From: Sphingobacterium sp.
GTDB lineage: Bacteria > Bacteroidota > Bacteroidia > Sphingobacteriales > Sphingobacteriaceae
Direction of reading: 5' to 3'
Assembly (NCBI GenBank): GCA_022712315.1
Contig: JALAGS010000080.1
Location: forward strand, 21,209-85,208
DNA length: 64,000 nt
Of this stretch, positions 53,605 through 62,469 are shown in pieces. A program made the translations under genes and the position numbers. The notes below the pieces were generated by a model that saw only the letters and a list, made by a program, of their open reading frames with translations, was not told where the DNA came from and did no database searches. Position 1 is the first letter of the stretch, and every line of letters starts with the position of its first letter.

Positions 53605-55533
53605 TTAGTCAAATTTCCATCTTACAAATGCTTCAATCGCTTCATAGTTTGCTAGACCTAATTGGTCATATAAAGCTGCTGTTTCGCTTGTACGATCTTC
53701 AGCACGTACCCAGAATTCGCGTGGATCATCACCAGGGAATACAGGTAAATCCTTTTGAGATTGATGTTTAAAGATGGCTAAACGTTTGCGATAAACTTCT
53801 TGTGGAGATAGAGGAACGGCCATTTGGATCTCGTGAATTGGATATTCATGCCAAGCACCTCTATATAACCATAACCAACAATCTTTGGTCCATTCGTCTG
53901 TCTTGCTCAATCTGCTCAATGCCTCAAACAGGATATCGAAACATACTTTGTGTGTGCCGTGCGGGTCAGCAAAGTCACCTGCAGCAAATACCTGATGTGG
54001 TTTTACATGACGCAGTAATTCCATCGTCTGTTGAATATCATCTTCAAAAGATACATTTTTTGAAAACTTCTGTCTATCGTAGAATGGTAGATCCTGGAAA
54101 TGGATATTTTCATCTGGCAAACCAACCAAACGCGCTCCCGCAATTGCCTCACCTTTACGGATCAATGCTTTGATTTTACGGACAAGTTCAGTATCGATCT
54201 GATTTGGTTTTTTTGTTGCAAAAATTGCCCTTTCCTCATCATAAATCCGAGAGATCTGAGCAGCTTCAGCATCTGCCCCTATTTGTTTCGCTAAATCTTC
54301 AGCAAACTCGAGATAACGGACGACATCATCATCCCAAACCGCTGTATTACCACAAGTTTGATAAGCGACATGGACATTGTGCCCTTGGTCGGCCAGGCGA
54401 ATAAATGTACCGCCCATCGAGATCACATCATCATCGGGGTGTGGCGAAAATACAATCACATTTTTCTTCGCTGGATTGGCGCGCTCAGGACGTTGTGAAT
54501 CGTCTACATTGGGTTTACCTCCCGGCCATCCAGTAATTGTATGTTGAAGTTCATTGAATATACGGATGTTGATATTATATGCCGGACCGGTCTCTGTCAC
54601 CAGCTTGGCCATACCGTGCGCATTATAATCTTCGTCTGTCAGTTTCAAGATTGGTTTTTTAATCTCCAAAGCCAACCAAACAACGGCCTTCTTAATTAGT
54701 TCAGGTGTCCAGGTAACATCTTCTGCCAACCAAGGAAGATCAAAACGTGTCAACAAGGAAGCGGCAGCTTCATCAAGAATAAATTCAACGTTATCCGATA
54801 ACTGAAGATAAGTTGCAGGAATCTCTGAGGAGATTTCACCCTCAACTGCTTTTTTAATGATCTCAGCCTTTGTCTCGGTCCAAGCCATTAAAATAATCTC
54901 TCTTGCTTTGAAGATTGTACCTACTCCCATCGTAATCGCTTTTGTTGGTACATTTTCTTTTCCACCAAAAGCACGGGAAGCATCGCGACGGGTCAAATCG
55001 TCTAACGTTACTACACGTGTACCTGAGTTAGGCGCAGAACCCGGCTCATTGAAACCGATATGGCCTGTACGACCAATACCTAATAATTGAATATCTAAAC
55101 CTCCCGCAGCTGTAATTTTCTGCTCGTAAGCCTCACAGAATGCATTTACTTGATCAGGAGCTAAGGTACCATCTGGAATATTTACATTTGCCGCATCGAT
55201 ATCGACATGATCGAACAAGTTTTTGTTCATAAATGTCACATAGCTCTGATCGGCATCAGGTTGCATAGGATAGTATTCGTCAAGATTGAAGGTAATCACG
55301 TTCTTAAAGCTTAAACCTTCTTCTTTGTGCAAGCGAATCAATTCTTGATAGACTTTTACTGGTGTGGCACCAGTTGCAAGGCCCAGCACAGCTTTCTCAC
55401 CTTTCTCTTGCTTTGCACGAATAATTTCAGCAATACGATTTGCAACGTTTTTCGAAGCTGAATTTTGATCTGGATAGACGCTCACAGGGACTTTTTCGAA
55501 GCGTGTTTCTTCCAATAAATTTAATCTAGCCAT
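53605..55533 (-). CDS. nagB: Glucosamine-6-phosphate deaminase fused to a C-terminal PIG-L/LmbE deacetylase-like domain
   Basis: LGLATGATP, FNLDEYYP, LGIGRTGHIGFNEPG; C-terminal SPHPDDDVIS and DPHGTH. Confidence 0.93.
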   Translation of the reverse strand: MARLNLLEETRFEKVPVSVYPDQNSASKNVANRIAEIIRAKQEKGEKAVLGLATGATPVKVYQELIRLHKEEGLSFKNVITFNLDEYYPMQPDADQSYVTFMNKNLFDHVDIDAANVNIPDGTLAPDQVNAFCEAYEQKITAAGGLDIQLLGIGRTGHIGFNEPGSAPNSGTRVVTLDDLTRRDASRAFGGKENVPTKAITMGVGTIFKAREIILMAWTETKAEIIKKAVEGEISSEIPATYLQLSDNVEFILDEAAASLLTRFDLPWLAEDVTWTPELIKKAVVWLALEIKKPILKLTDEDYNAHGMAKLVTETGPAYNINIRIFNELQHTITGWPGGKPNVDDSQRPERANPAKKNVIVFSPHPDDDVISMGGTFIRLADQGHNVHVAYQTCGNTAVWDDDVVRYLEFAEDLAKQIGADAEAAQISRIYDEERAIFATKKPNQIDTELVRKIKALIRKGEAIAGARLVGLPDENIHFQDLPFYDRQKFSKNVSFEDDIQQTMELLRHVKPHQVFAAGDFADPHGTHKVCFDILFEALSRLSKTDEWTKDCWLWLYRGAWHEYPIHEIQMAVPLSPQEVYRKRLAIFKHQSQKDLPVFPGDDPREFWVRAEDRTSETAALYDQLGLANYEAIEAFVRWKFD

Positions 55534-55562
55534 TTTATGGGTATGTTGATAAACGTGAATTA

Positions 55563-55570
55563 CAAATTTA
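55563..55570 (-). promoter_or_regulatory. -7 promoter element for nagB
   Basis: TAAATTTG on the minus strand. Confidence 0.55.
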
Positions 55571-55674
55571 TAAAATTAGTACCTCAAGTTGAAGTAAAAT
55601 TTTAATAAAGTAGTTCATTCTTAACAATATTTTAAATAAAACCTTTTAGCTATAATTTTAGCCGATAAATAACC

Positions 55675-56823
55675 CTAAATCTTTTTCAGAATCTCAACTG
55701 CTTTCCATAACGTTTCGTCCTTTTTAGCGAAACAAACGCGTAAAACCTGCTGATTTGTAACCTCTTTATAGAACGCAGAGAGTGGAATTGTCGCAATTTT
55801 ATATTGCTCCGTTAGCGAACAGGCAAACTCAAACTCCTTTTCCTGGCTAATCGAACTATAATCTATATTAAGGAAATAAGTCCCCTCGCAGGGAAGAATC
55901 TTAAACCGCGATTCCTTTAATCCATCCTTCAATAGATTTCTTTTCTGCTCAAAAAAGGCTGGAAGCCCCTTTACATAACTTAAATCACCCAAATATTCAG
56001 CTATGGCAAACTGCATGGGGCTGTTGACACTAAAGACGTTAAATTGATGTACCTTCCTGAATTCTTGTGTCAGCAGGGCTGGTGCAATACAGTAGCCTAT
56101 TTTCCAGCCGGTTGTATGCAATAGTTTTCCGAAGGAGGCAATGACAAAGCTTCGCTCGCGCAAAGTAGGAATTCCAATGACGGATTGGGGCAGGACCCCA
56201 TCAAAAACGATATGTTCGTACACTTCATCACTCAGCAACAGTGTGCTGGTGCCTTCCAATAAGGTCCCTAACTTAATCAGCTCTTCTTTATCCAATACTT
56301 TTCCCGTTGGATTGTTTGGATTATTGATGATTATCAATCGCGTTTTGGCATTAATTAATGTGGCCACGTAATCCCAGTCAATCCGAAAATCGGGCGCCAA
56401 TAATCGTACAGGTACAACTTTGCCACCAAACAGCTCGATAGTCGGCGCATAACAATCATATGCAGGTTCAAATATAATAACTTCATCCTCCGGTCTAACA
56501 ACGGTCGCGATAGCTGTAAAAATGGCCTGCGTACCTCCTGCGGTGATAGTAAGTTCTTCCGTTGCATCGACTTCAACGTCATAAATCTCCTTGTATTTCT
56601 TGATTATCACATCCCGTAAGGGTTGTGCTCCGATCATTGGCGCGTATTGGTTATATCCCTTTTCCATAGCCTGAGCAACCAATTGGACCAATTTCGGGTC
56701 GGTCTCAAAATCGGGAAAACCCTGGGAGAGATTTAATGCCTGCTGCGCATTGGCCAGCATGGTCATTTTGGTAAAGATCGTCGTGCCGACATGTGGAAGT
56801 TTAGAAGTTAGGTTCAAGTTCAT
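55675..56823 (-). CDS. PLP-dependent class I/II aminotransferase (YbdL/methionine aminotransferase-like)
   Basis: SKLPHVGTTIF, NLSQGFPDF, NNPNNPTG, SDEVYEH, SFGKLLHTTGWKIGY. Confidence 0.9.
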   Translation of the reverse strand: MNLNLTSKLPHVGTTIFTKMTMLANAQQALNLSQGFPDFETDPKLVQLVAQAMEKGYNQYAPMIGAQPLRDVIIKKYKEIYDVEVDATEELTITAGGTQAIFTAIATVVRPEDEVIIFEPAYDCYAPTIELFGGKVVPVRLLAPDFRIDWDYVATLINAKTRLIIINNPNNPTGKVLDKEELIKLGTLLEGTSTLLLSDEVYEHIVFDGVLPQSVIGIPTLRERSFVIASFGKLLHTTGWKIGYCIAPALLTQEFRKVHQFNVFSVNSPMQFAIAEYLGDLSYVKGLPAFFEQKRNLLKDGLKESRFKILPCEGTYFLNIDYSSISQEKEFEFACSLTEQYKIATIPLSAFYKEVTNQQVLRVCFAKKDETLWKAVEILKKI

Positions 56824-56895
56824 TTTTTGACATTTTATTAATCTACTAAATTAGTGGATTTTCTTATATTTGTAAATATATATAAGAATAGTAAC

Positions 56896-57579
56896 ATGAT
56901 AAAATACATCACACTACTTTTTTTGGTTCTGCCATTCTTCGGATCCGCACAGAAAAAGGAACTTACTAAAGAGGAGTACATCGCCCGTGTCAAGGCTGCT
57001 CCAGATTCGATCTCTACATTGGTTGACTTACGCCGCGTTGGTGGTTATGATCCAGTCTACCCCGAGCTTCAGACACTCTATAATACACTGAGTAAAAATG
57101 TAAAGAATTCCAATGAGGGAAAAGAGTTTCAAGCGTATTTAAATACCTTAGAAACAGTTCAGATTGGGAAAATTGCACCAGCATTTACGCAAAATGATAC
57201 CAGTGGCAATCCTGTAAAACTTTCAGATTTTAAAGGAAAATATGTGCTGCTTGATTTTTGGGCATCTTGGTGTCCCGATTGTCGTGTTGAAAGTCCAGAT
57301 CTTGTAAAAACATACCAACAGTTCAAAGGTGAAAACTTTGAAATATTAGGTATTTCCTTTGATAAGGACCGCAACTCCTGGATTAAGGCCATTCATGCAG
57401 ATAAATTACACTGGAGACATGTTTCAGATTTAAAACGTTGGCAGAATGATGTCGGAACCCTATACGCCGTAAAATCTATTCCGCAGAATGTCCTGATTGA
57501 TCCCAATGGGAAAATTGTCGCGAAGAACTTACATGGGGATGCCTTGCGCACAAAACTGAAAGAAGTATTGAAAAAGTAA
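56896..57579 (+). CDS. Exported TlpA-family thiol:disulfide oxidoreductase
   Basis: Signal from ATG 56896; LLDFWASWCPDC, SIPQNVLIDPNGKI. Confidence 0.88.
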   Translation: MIKYITLLFLVLPFFGSAQKKELTKEEYIARVKAAPDSISTLVDLRRVGGYDPVYPELQTLYNTLSKNVKNSNEGKEFQAYLNTLETVQIGKIAPAFTQNDTSGNPVKLSDFKGKYVLLDFWASWCPDCRVESPDLVKTYQQFKGENFEILGISFDKDRNSWIKAIHADKLHWRHVSDLKRWQNDVGTLYAVKSIPQNVLIDPNGKIVAKNLHGDALRTKLKEVLKK

Positions 57580-57600
57580 TATATAGACAATCATTAAACT

Positions 57601-57636
57601 AAAAAGACCATGCCTTTATAAAAGCATGGTCTTTTT
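57601..57636. terminator. Bidirectional terminator between TlpA gene and radA
   Basis: AAAAAGACCATGC/GCATGGTCTTTTT stem. Confidence 0.85.
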
Positions 57637-57740
57637 AGTTTAACAATGAATGTGTTTCTAATCGGAAAGACAGAGAAAGATTGTCCAAACAAATAAGGCC
57701 ATTAAACTATCGCGTGCATTCCATAACATAGCCGTATCTC

Positions 57741-59126
57741 CTAACCAAATAAGGCACTGAATATATCCTCCAACTTGGCGACAGGGCGAATAGCAATATT
57801 ATATTTTTTCGCGTCCAGCCCTTTGGTGTTAAATTTAGAAATAAAAATTCCGTCGAACCCCAGCTTTTCTGCCTCCTGTATCCGTTGTTCGATCCGATTT
57901 ACAGCTCTTATCTCGCCCGATAAACCTACCTCACCTGCGAAAGTCAGATTGGAGCGAATCGGAATATCCTGCTGTGAGGAAATAATCGCCACAACAACAG
58001 CCAGATCAATTGCAGGATCTTCTACGCGCAATCCGCCGGCGATATTCAAGAATACATCTTGTGCACTCAGCCTGAAACCAAAGCGTTTCTCCAAAACGGC
58101 CAAAAGCATATTTAACCGTTTCGTATCGTAACCCGTAGAAGAACGCTGTGCAGTACCAAATGCCGAGTTACTTACCAGTGCCTGTACTTCAATCATCATC
58201 GGTCGCATTCCTTCCAGCATTGCCGCAATGGAAACCCCACTAACAGGTTCGTCACGTTGCGAAATCATAATCTCAGAAGGGTTTGTCACTTCTCTCAGTC
58301 CTGATCCCTGCATTTCGTAAATACCGAGTTCTGAAGCCGATCCAAAGCGATTTTTTACAGCCCGTAGAATCCGGTAGACATGGTGGCGATCGCCTTCAAA
58401 TTGGAGCACCGTATCCACCATATGCTCCAAAACCTTGGGGCCAGCAATTGATCCGTCTTTGGTAATATGTCCCACAATAAAGACTGGCGTGCTCGTTTCC
58501 TTGGCAAACCGCAGCAATTCAGCGGTACATTCCCGTACCTGAGAAACCGACCCTGGGGCCGATTCAATCTGTGAAGAATGCAGAGTCTGTATGGAATCGA
58601 TGACAATAACATTGGGCTGTACCGTCTCGATCTGCTTGAAGATATTTTGAGTGGATGTTTCTGTAAGAATATAGCAATTGGCTTTGGATGATTGCGACAA
58701 TCGTTCGGCCCGCATCTTAATCTGCTGTTCACTTTCCTCCCCAGAAATATAAAGTGTCTTGACTTGCGGGATAGACAACGCAAGCTGCAACATCAAAGTC
58801 GACTTACCAATCCCAGGCTCTCCACCGATAAGCACCAGTGATCCCGGAACAATACCGCCACCAAGAACCCGATTGAACTCTTGGTCAGGCGTGGATATAC
58901 GTGACTCATCTTGGTAAACAATTTCATGAATAATCGCAGCTTTATTCGCCCTTTTCGTACTACCTCCTGTTGTAGAACTACGCCATTCGGGGACTTTTGA
59001 ACTCGTTTTTTCGACGACTTCTTCAACAAAACTGTTCCATTGCTTGCAAGAAGGACATTGTCCCATCCATTTGGGAGACTCATACCCACAGTTTTGACAG
59101 AAGTATGCTGATTTTGATTTTGCCAT
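57741..59126 (-). CDS. radA: DNA repair protein RadA/Sms
   Basis: CQNCG..CPSC Zn finger, GGEPGIGKST, KNRFG, Lon-like C-terminus. Confidence 0.97.
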   Translation of the reverse strand: MAKSKSAYFCQNCGYESPKWMGQCPSCKQWNSFVEEVVEKTSSKVPEWRSSTTGGSTKRANKAAIIHEIVYQDESRISTPDQEFNRVLGGGIVPGSLVLIGGEPGIGKSTLMLQLALSIPQVKTLYISGEESEQQIKMRAERLSQSSKANCYILTETSTQNIFKQIETVQPNVIVIDSIQTLHSSQIESAPGSVSQVRECTAELLRFAKETSTPVFIVGHITKDGSIAGPKVLEHMVDTVLQFEGDRHHVYRILRAVKNRFGSASELGIYEMQGSGLREVTNPSEIMISQRDEPVSGVSIAAMLEGMRPMMIEVQALVSNSAFGTAQRSSTGYDTKRLNMLLAVLEKRFGFRLSAQDVFLNIAGGLRVEDPAIDLAVVVAIISSQQDIPIRSNLTFAGEVGLSGEIRAVNRIEQRIQEAEKLGFDGIFISKFNTKGLDAKKYNIAIRPVAKLEDIFSALFG

Positions 59127-59138
59127 GCTACGAATTTA

Positions 59139-59146
59139 CAAATTTA
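59139..59146 (-). promoter_or_regulatory. -7 promoter element for radA
   Basis: TAAATTTG on the minus strand. Confidence 0.55.
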
Positions 59147-59273
59147 TAGCTGTTAAAAGCGTCATGATATGCCGCACGCATTATATATTCCCAAGATAGT
59201 ACCTAAGGGCTGATCAGCCTTTCAATAATGCTACTTCTATAGCGGTTTAAGTTAATATGCAGTATATTACTAT

Positions 59274-59323
59274 ATACAGTCTCAATGCTGTAGCAATACG
59301 TCAACAATACTGCATGTATACTG
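59274..59323. repeat. 11-bp periodic ATAC/ATGC tract
   Basis: ATAC at 59274, 59296, 59307, 59318 and ATGC at 59285; 9-bp IR 59257-59265/59307-59315. Confidence 0.6.
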
Positions 59324-59359
59324 GAACCTCACTCAAAAGTCTTAAAAAAACCAAAGAGG

Positions 59360-60520
59360 TTATCGCTCATTTTCTTTTAAAATCCGTAAGAAATTTTGCC
59401 CCATAATTTTTGCTATATCCGCATTTGAATATCCTCGTTCCAGCAGCGCTTTAGTTAATAGCGGAAATTTAGAAACATCTTCCAAACCTTGGGGTGAGGA
59501 TTCTATGCCATCGAAGTCAGAGCCTACCGCAACGTGATCAATACCCACTTTTTTGACCAGATAGTCAATATGATCCAATAATTTCGATAGTGGAGCATCA
59601 GCTTGCTGTTGAAGTTCTTTGGGCAACTTTTCATACATAAACCAAGTACTCAATTTTGTATCCCCCTGATCGCCAAATTTACTTACATACAAACCCTTGA
59701 GCCTTGTTTCATAGGCTGGATCCAAAAAACCCGAATAAAAATTCACTCCAACCACACCGCCATTTTTTTTCAGCGCCTCCAATTGCGCATCTTTCAGATT
59801 GCGGAAATGTGGACATAAATGATAGGCATTGCTATGGGATACCAAGATAGGCTTGGTCGTTATCGCCAGCACGTCATAAAAAGTCTGTTCGCCACCGTGG
59901 GATAGATCAACCATCATGCCTAGTTCGTTCATCTTCCGGATAATGGCCCGTCCTTGGTCTGTTAACCCCTTATCCTTAGCGTTCATACCAGCCGATTCCA
60001 TCGCGGCACAACTCGCCCAGGACAAATTGTAGTTCCAGGTCAACGTCAGGTATCTGGCGCCACGCTTATAGAGCCGCACGAGATTATCAATACTTCCTTC
60101 GATCATATTCCCCCCTTCCACACCGATCAAAGCGACTATTTTTCCTGTTTTCAATATCGAATCGATATCTCCTGAAGACTTTGCCAAACTTATTTTATCG
60201 GTATTCGCAGCAATCATTTTCTCCAAGGCATCTATTTGGTCATTTGCGTGCTTGAATGCATCAGATTTCCATTTAGTATCATCTGACCATACGGCAAATA
60301 CCTGGACATCTACCCCTCCCTCCTGAAGCCGCGGCAAATCAGTCGCTCCTGACTTTAATCGCTGACCGATATTCTTCCCCTGAAAAATTGATTCATAAAT
60401 CACATCATTGTGTCCATCGACGACAACCAAATCCTGATGTATCTGCTTATAGTCTTGGCCGTACACAGCACTATTGAGCACCGTCATTCCTAGTCCGATT
60501 AATAAGAGGTCCTTGATCAT
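59360..60520 (-). CDS. Exported membrane dipeptidase (M19, renal-dipeptidase family)
   Basis: VDGHND, GVEGG, YLTLTWN, MVDLSH, SHSN, GSDFDG, IMGQNFLR. Confidence 0.92.
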   Translation of the reverse strand: MIKDLLLIGLGMTVLNSAVYGQDYKQIHQDLVVVDGHNDVIYESIFQGKNIGQRLKSGATDLPRLQEGGVDVQVFAVWSDDTKWKSDAFKHANDQIDALEKMIAANTDKISLAKSSGDIDSILKTGKIVALIGVEGGNMIEGSIDNLVRLYKRGARYLTLTWNYNLSWASCAAMESAGMNAKDKGLTDQGRAIIRKMNELGMMVDLSHGGEQTFYDVLAITTKPILVSHSNAYHLCPHFRNLKDAQLEALKKNGGVVGVNFYSGFLDPAYETRLKGLYVSKFGDQGDTKLSTWFMYEKLPKELQQQADAPLSKLLDHIDYLVKKVGIDHVAVGSDFDGIESSPQGLEDVSKFPLLTKALLERGYSNADIAKIMGQNFLRILKENER

Positions 60521-62241
60521 TTTTGACTTTCGTTTATCGATTCATAAATAGCATCCTGAATCCTGCTTCTGATATTCAGGTCCAAGAGCTTGGTACTCAC
60601 CTGAGGATGTACGCGATTAGACAAAAAGATATAGATCAATTGGTTTTGCGGATCAATCCAGATGCATGTCCCCGTATACCCAGTATGTCCAAATACAGAA
60701 CTATTCGCCAGCTTAGATGGATATTCGTTTTTTGGATTTGGATCCCAGCGATCAAATCCCAGTCCTCGACGGCTTGTGGCAGATTGCTTGGAGGTAAATA
60801 GATCTATTGTTTCAGTTTTAAAATATCGCTCACCACCGTACTCGCCTCTATTCAATAAAAGCTGACCATAGATTGCCAGATCGTTTGCGGTAGCAAATAA
60901 CCCGGCATGCCCGGCAATCCCACCTGCCATTGCAGCCCCCTGGTCGTGTACATAACCTTCTAACAATACTTTCCGAAAGGAGGTGTCTTGCTCCGTAGGA
61001 ACAATTTCATCTTTTGCAAAACGCTCTCTGGGAAGATAACCAGCACGCGTCATCCCCAAAGGTTTATAAAAATTTTCCTGCACATAATCTTGTAGCGGCT
61101 CAGCAGTCTGATGTTCAGCAACTTCTTTCATCACATACATGCTGATATCGCTATACACATAGTTTCCTGTGGGTTTAACCGGTGATTTTAGCATTTCCGG
61201 CCACATGACATCGCGGTAATAATGATTGAGAATATAGCTATTGTCTGCCATTTTCACTTGATGGTTGTCATCGTGTACCGATACAACATCTCCTGTTTTC
61301 AAATATTTATAAAAAGGAATAAAAGGCGTAAATCCCGCTTCATGCAGCATGACGGAACGGAGCTTAATATCTTTTTTATTGCTATACTTTGCCTGCCATA
61401 GGTAGTGTCCCATGGTACTATCTAGATTAATGACATTCCGTTCGGTAAGACGCATAATTACGGGCGTAGTACCTGCAATCTTACTAACAGACGCTAGATC
61501 AAATATATCATTGATTTTTGTGGAGATGTCTTTGGAGTAGGTGTGAAATCCGTAAGATTTCTCCAATAAAACCTGTCCATCCTTCACAACCATAACCACG
61601 GCACCCGGCGTTGCTTGCTTATCAATGGCTTCTTGTGCGATGGCATCAATTTTCTTGGTCAGCTTTGCCAGGTTTAGATTAGAGCTTGATGCAGCACCAT
61701 ACTGTAATCTTGTCTGTGAAGTTTTGATATGACCGGCAGTGATCGGGGCTCCGCCAAAAATTGACATCGCCAGATGGCGCTGCCCTATTTCTGAATCAGG
61801 CGCGAGCAATTCAACCAAGTCAGACTGCAGGTGTTCAGATAAACTCTTTTTGCGTTTTTCATTTTCAAAAAAATGGCAAAGGATCACTTTTTTATTGTTT
61901 AATACAGCCTGTTTTAACTGTGCTAGGCAATCAGCATCCAAGTCATCTTCCTTTCCAGCTACAATAATCGTATTGTAATATTTGATATCCTCATCAAATT
62001 TGCTAAAATCAAAAATTTTAGTGTTTGCATAACGGGCCAATTGTTCCGTGAATACACTATATTTCGCAGCATTAGGAACAACAACTGCTATATGGAGCTG
62101 ATCTAGATTTTTCAGAGGCAATAGCTGATCCAGGTTATTGAAAAGAATCGTTTCATTTTTAATCGTGGATTTATACTGAGCAAACAAGGGGGAAATACAG
62201 AACAAACCTGCAAATAACACCCCGAAAAATTGTTTTTTCAT
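60517..62241 (-). CDS. Exported serine hydrolase (beta-lactamase/AmiE-like) with an N-terminal GH3-C-terminal-like domain
   Basis: SxxK (ASVSK), YSD, GHTGYTG; N-terminus NETILFNN..LLPL resembles the GH3 C-domain start; ATGA overlap with dipeptidase. Confidence 0.85.
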   Translation of the reverse strand: MKKQFFGVLFAGLFCISPLFAQYKSTIKNETILFNNLDQLLPLKNLDQLHIAVVVPNAAKYSVFTEQLARYANTKIFDFSKFDEDIKYYNTIIVAGKEDDLDADCLAQLKQAVLNNKKVILCHFFENEKRKKSLSEHLQSDLVELLAPDSEIGQRHLAMSIFGGAPITAGHIKTSQTRLQYGAASSSNLNLAKLTKKIDAIAQEAIDKQATPGAVVMVVKDGQVLLEKSYGFHTYSKDISTKINDIFDLASVSKIAGTTPVIMRLTERNVINLDSTMGHYLWQAKYSNKKDIKLRSVMLHEAGFTPFIPFYKYLKTGDVVSVHDDNHQVKMADNSYILNHYYRDVMWPEMLKSPVKPTGNYVYSDISMYVMKEVAEHQTAEPLQDYVQENFYKPLGMTRAGYLPRERFAKDEIVPTEQDTSFRKVLLEGYVHDQGAAMAGGIAGHAGLFATANDLAIYGQLLLNRGEYGGERYFKTETIDLFTSKQSATSRRGLGFDRWDPNPKNEYPSKLANSSVFGHTGYTGTCIWIDPQNQLIYIFLSNRVHPQVSTKLLDLNIRSRIQDAIYESINESQK

Positions 62242-62434
62242 TCTGCTTTTATCGTTTTTTAGGTTCTATCAAATAAAAATACGAATAAAATCATGAAGCA
62301 ATAGGACTCTCTGAAAAAAAATCAATTTTGTTACTCTTGTAGCCTTTGTGGATGTATACATCCATTCAGCAGTTAACCATAGCCCATTAGCATTTTGAGC
62401 AAATTTCCAACAGGCTTGAATTAATCGGTCCCGA

Positions 62435-62465
62435 TTGCATCATGAAGGTTTTTTCTGTAAGTTTG
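62435..62465 (+). promoter_or_regulatory. Promoter TTG-N20-TAAGTTTG ending 4 nt before the xseA ATG
   Basis: Direct read. Confidence 0.6.
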
Positions 62466-62469
62466 ATTA

